This document shows, piece by piece, positions 59,725-64,000 of a stretch of 64,000 nucleotides of DNA (position 1 is the first letter of the stretch; the number at the start of each line of letters is the position of its first letter). The DNA is from Heptranchias perlo. Its lineage: Eukaryota. The position numbers and the translations under genes are program-made. Location: NCBI RefSeq assembly GCF_035084215.1, contig NC_090346.1, positions 14,446,001 through 14,510,000 on the forward strand, read 5' to 3'. Under the pieces are notes generated by a model. The model saw nothing but the letters and a program-made list of their open reading frames with translations. It did not search any database and was not told where the DNA came from.

Positions 59725-60140
59725 ATTGGGTTCAAGTTCCACTGCAGAGACTTAAGCATAAAATCTAAGCTGACACTCCAGTGCACTACTGAGGGAGAGC
59801 TGCACTGTCGGATGTGCCATCTTTCGGATGAGACGTTAAACCAGGCCCCATCTGCCCTCTCAGGGGGACGTAAAATATCCCACGGCACTATTTTGAAGAA
59901 GAGCAGGGGGAGAGTTCTCCCTGGTGTCCTGGCCAATATTTACCTCGCAACCAACATCACTAAAAAATAGCTTATCTGGTTATTATCACATTGCTGTTTG
60001 TTGGACTTTGCTGTGCCCAAATTGGCAGCTGTGTTTCCTACATTACAATGGTGACTACACTTCAAAAAGTACTTCATTGGCTGTAAAGTGTTTTGGGATG
60101 TCCTGATGTTGTGAAAGGTGCTACATAAATGCAAATTATT
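59725..60140 (+). mobile_element. Deu-domain SINE copy
   Basis: Family match. Confidence 0.8.
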
Positions 60141-61647
60141 TATTTCTTCCGTGTCCTAGTCATGGTTTAACTTGAAACAGTGCTTTGAATTAACCTCCTC
60201 TGAGACTAAGGATCAGCTTTGTGGCCTTTCTCTGCATTACTTCCACGGGTTTAGATGTTTCCTGTGGGACTCAACCACCCAGTTACCAGTGGCTCCACCA
60301 ATTAAACTGTTCCATAAAAAGGCAGAATTTATAAGATTGACAACACTCTTAATGCAATGTTTACGATTCAAAGGATTCTTGTTATCTCATCTATGGAGGT
60401 GGGAGATTGTTTCGTCAACAGGATACTAAAGAAACTAGGACTACTTTCATGTCCACAAACCAGTAGTTTGAAAAAAATCTGAAGCAGTCATGTGCTTGCT
60501 TTCATGATCATTGAATGGTAGCTGTAACCACAGCAACCACCCCCTCATGACTGCCTCTGAAGCATCTACAAAAAAAAATCACTATACTAAGGTGAAACCT
60601 CCACTCCATTCTTATGAACACAAAAGTGCAACAAATACATTGTGGGACACTGTTCATGAAGCTGTCAAAAACCATGCTCACTTGTGAAGGATTGCATAAC
60701 TCGCTCATGACTTAGTTGCTGGTGAGAAACGGTCCTCATGAATGGAACATGGCTGTCCTCCATATTTGGTATCATTTGCCTGCATTACAGTAGCCACTAT
60801 GTGTGAAAGTAATTCTTTGTATGTGAGGCCCCTTAAAGCATTCCTAAGGTGTTACGAGATGCTATATAAAGGAATGTTCTTTCTTTCTATTCCCTATTGC
60901 TATATTGTCCTGGGTTATAATCAGGTCCCTCCCCAAACACACAGTAATCACAAACTGAGCAAATGCCCAATTTGCATTTGATGTGCTAAAGATCTCCAGG
61001 TCTGCCTCAACGAAGGACCATAAAGACTTTTCCAGAACCATTCAATACCTTTAGTTTCCAATTTAACTCTTCTACACAGCTCATACCAGACACTCACTTT
61101 AGTTTGCTTCTTTCTTTAGCTTTTTCCACAGTTAATGTCCCCACTTATGTGGGGGGGGGGGGGGCGGTGGAGATGAAGTGCAAAGAGAAAGATTGGAAGG
61201 TGGTAACCTGCTCTAGCTATTGCAAAATGATTTTCTTGAGCCAGCAGAAGATGCAAGATTATCTTGCAGTTCCTTTCCCCCTTGATTAAAAAAATTAAGG
61301 AATTTGTTGTGTGGCAATTTGCCAACATAAGCCAGTTCCCTACCATTCCCACCCATATAATTTTCAGAGGCAAGGGGACATGCAAATATCTCCCAGTGAA
61401 CAAAATTATATGCAACATAGAACAGTAATTATTTTGGGCAAGCTTTAAACTTGACAGGACAGGCAAAGACTGGTATTGCTTGGCCATTAATTAAAATTCC
61501 TATCTCTTCCCTTGTATAGATGTCAATGGTTATAGGCAAAATCAGTTGAGACAGTCTCATTGCAGTTCATATTGGCCATAGGTCCACATACATTGTGCTT
61601 TGAGAACAATAAACTTGAGGGGAAAGCTGTCTTCTAAGCAGATAAGT

Positions 61648-62108
61648 CAGTGTTAGCTATGGCTCGGTTGGTAACTGAGGTGAGTCAGAAGGTTAGTAGT
61701 TCAAACCCCATCCAGAGACTTGAGCACATAATCTAGGCTGATACTCCCAGTGCAGTACTGAGGAAGCGCTGTACTGTTGGAGGTGCTGGCTTTTGGATGA
61801 GTCGCTAAACTGAGACCCTGTCTGCTCTCTCAGGTGAATATAAAGCATCCTACGTCACTATTCCAAGAGCAGGGGAGTACTTCCCAATGTCCTGGCCAAT
61901 ATTTATCCCTCAACCAACATCACTAAAACAGATTATCTGGTCATTATCACATTGCTGTTTGTGGGATCTTGCTATTCACAAATTGGCTGCCACATTTCCT
62001 ACATTACAACCGTGACTGCACTTCAAAGTATTTCATTGGCTCTAAAGTCCTTTGGGATGTCCTGAGGTTGTGACAGGCACTATATAAATGCAAGTTCTTT
62101 CCTTTCTT
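61648..62108 (+). mobile_element. Deu-domain SINE copy
   Basis: Family match. Confidence 0.85.
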
Positions 62109-62279
62109 TCAGATAAAATCTATCCCTGAACTGTTGGAAACACCAACATAGATCAGGGAGAAAATACAATGGGATAATTTTAAATAAAATATTTTTCAGT
62201 TAAAAACGTGTAAAAAAGAGGCACAGGTCGCAAAAATGCCAGACGTTGGTCTCTGCAGCAGGTTCAGGCCACCCATTGG

Positions 62280-63185
62280 GGACAGGATGATTCTAGAACG
62301 AAGTGTTTAAACCAGGGGACGGGCGAGGCGACGAGCTGCTCATCTACACTGAGGCCTACAGAGTGGCGGCAGGGGAACTCCTTGGGAAACACCGGGGAAA
62401 TATAAAAAGATCCGTTTACGCCAGCCCAGGGCCGCATTGCGCACAGCTCCCGGGACCGTGTCGCCATAGCAACCGGTCGTAATATAGCTAGGCGTGGGCG
62501 GATGTTGATCAACTGCCCAGGCCTAAGGTATTTATAAGGGGTTCGGGGCTGGGGGGGGAACCGGGCGTGGCCCAGAAACTCTGAGGCCGGGGCTATGCAG
62601 TCAGAGACTACCAACCTCGGCCTGAACGCCTGCAGGAAACCCTTAGCAACAGGATCCGGAAGTGTCGCGTTTTATGCCATTCAAATCTCTGACACCCCCC
62701 ACCCCCATATGCCAGGTCCGACGGGTGACTGACAGCTCTCTGGCCAATCATAGAGGAGTCTGGCAAAGGGTCCAGTGCTTGACCAATGAGGATTGATGAA
62801 GTGGGCGGTACTTCCGGCATCTCGGCGAGTTTGTTTCCCTCCCCCCGCAACGCTCCCGATCCCGGGACCGGCGGATGATTGGCAGCTCTGTACAACCAAT
62901 CGGAGAGGCGGTTGGGCCAAGGGACTGGCGCTCGGCCAATGAGGGTGGAGGGAGTGGGCGGCACTTCCGGCAGTGCGGCCAGTTTGCTTCCCCCCCCCGC
63001 AGCGCTATCGCCTGACGACCATCATCCTTTGCCGACACTATGGGCTTTTCTTCATATAAATAATCGGAGCCGCGACGGTGGCGGGCGGCGCTTTGGGGGC
63101 GGAAAGCGGTGGTGGAGGAGGCGCGGGGACAGCTTGCGGCCCGAGGTTGCGCGGTGGCGCTAGTGCTTGTGGTGCGGCTCCTGTC
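62280..63185 (+). promoter_or_regulatory. USP22 CpG-island promoter
   Basis: X-box GTCGCCATAGCAAC 62460-62473, ETS CCGGAAGTG 62656-62664, CCAAT at 62744, 62783, 62896 and 62936, GGGCGG at 62803 and 62956, ACTTCCGG at 62810 and 62963, TATAAA 63055-63060. Confidence 0.8.
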
Positions 63186-63305
63186 ATGAGTCCGGCCGGG
63201 TGCTCCCATGTGAACAGTTTTAAGGCGGACAATTGGAAGCAGAGCCTGCGAGTGATTTACCAGTGCTTTGTGTGGAGCGGGACTGCGGAGAGCAGGAAAA
63301 GGAAG
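63186..63305 (+). CDS. USP22: Ubiquitin carboxyl-terminal hydrolase 22 (SAGA DUB module), first coding exon
   Basis: [40 protein letters not shown], donor AAG|GTAAGG. Matches the recalled USP22 N-terminus ([36 protein letters not shown]). Confidence 0.93.
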
Positions 63306-63325
63306 GTAAGGGCCTGGCTGGTGCT

Positions 63326-63362
63326 GGGGTAGGGGTAGGGGTAGGGGTAGGGGCAGGGGCAG
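63326..63362 (+). repeat. (GGGGTA)n/(GGGGCA)n G-quadruplex-forming repeat
   Basis: Six GGGG runs with 2-nt loops, 20 nt downstream of the USP22 donor. Confidence 0.85.
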
Positions 63363-63426
63363 TAGCCGGGCTCGGTCCTAAAAGGGCAGCCTTACACAGG
63401 GGGAGCCTCTCATTGGGACTGAGTAG

Positions 63427-63707
63427 CAGGGATACTGGGGGAGCCTCGCACACTGGCACAGGGATACTGGGGGAGCCTCGCACACTGGCACAGGGATACT
63501 GGGGGAGCCTCGCACACTGGCACAGGGCTGCTGGGGGAGCCTCGCGCACTGGCACAGGGCTGCTGGAGGAGCCTCGCACACTGGCACAGGGCTGCTGGGG
63601 GAGCCTCGCGCACTGGCACAGGGCTGCTGGGGGAGCCTCGCGCACTGGCACAGGGCTGCTGGAGGAGCCTCGCGCACTGGCACAGGGCTGCTGGGGGAGC
63701 CTCGCGC
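63427..63707 (+). repeat. 32-bp GC-rich minisatellite
   Basis: Unit gagcctcgcrcactggcacagggmtrctgggg, starts at 63441, 63473 and so on. Confidence 0.95.
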
Positions 63708-64000
63708 GGGCTGGGGCAGGGATGGCGGGGGCAGCCTCGCGCGGGCTGGGGCAGGGATGGCGGGGGGGAGCCTCGCGCGGGCTGGGGCAGGGATGGCGGG
63801 GGGGAGCCTCGCGCGGGCTGGGGCAGGGATGGCGGGGGGGAGCCTCGCGCGGGCTGGGGCAGGGATGGCGGGGGGGAGCCTCGCGCGGGCTGGGGCAGGG
63901 ATGGCGGGGGGGAGCCTCGCGCGGGCTGGGGCAGGGATGGCGGGGGGGAGCCTCGCGCGGGCTGGGGCAGGGATGGCGGGGGGGAGCCTCGCGCGGGCTG
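63693..64000 (+). repeat. 36-bp G-rich minisatellite (runs off the window)
   Basis: Unit gagcctcgcgcgggctggggcagggatggcgggggg; gatggc at 63756, 63792, 63828. Confidence 0.95.

Noticed and set aside
63078-63185. N-terminal extension of USP22 in the 84-aa ORF
   Set aside because: It starts at GTG only 18 nt after the TATA box, probably upstream of the TSS. Homology begins at ATG 63186.
63220-63683. Minus-strand ORFs beginning MPVREAPP, superficially like the GID4 start MPVR
   Set aside because: They are translations of the 32-bp minisatellite with GTG starts, and no GID4 domain follows.
63427-64000. CRISPR array (32-36 bp periodicity)
   Set aside because: Head-to-tail units with no unique spacers, no cas genes, vertebrate intron context.

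Overview
Eukaryotic (vertebrate) genomic DNA. The repeat landscape (HER1-like CR1 LINEs, Deu-domain tRNA SINEs, L2 and Penelope remnants) points to a cartilaginous fish. Four genes were assembled by hand from splice signals and translation. TOM1L2 coding exon 1 (-) lies head-to-head with a complete DRC3/LRRC48 gene (+, 12 coding exons, 522 aa, two U12-type AT-AC introns). A complete ATPAF2 gene (-, 8 exons, 281 aa) converges on DRC3. After about 20 kb of repeats comes USP22 coding exon 1 (+), where human has GID4. Gene identities come from recalled similarity to vertebrate orthologues; no database search was run. The main candidate for a new system is a young ~3.3-kb non-LTR retrotransposon family (3 long copies, 3 fragments) with five linked features: a tRNA-Thr-like Pol III head (A box, B box, duplicated anticodon arm) fused to a single APE-RT ORF, no ORF1, no in-frame AUG before the endonuclease, no sense-strand TTTT in any long copy, and a 5'/3' complementary segment. 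Together these suggest an autonomous Pol III-transcribed LINE. Also notable are a minimal hammerhead ribozyme downstream of ATPAF2 on the same strand and a tandemly duplicated USP22 promoter module.
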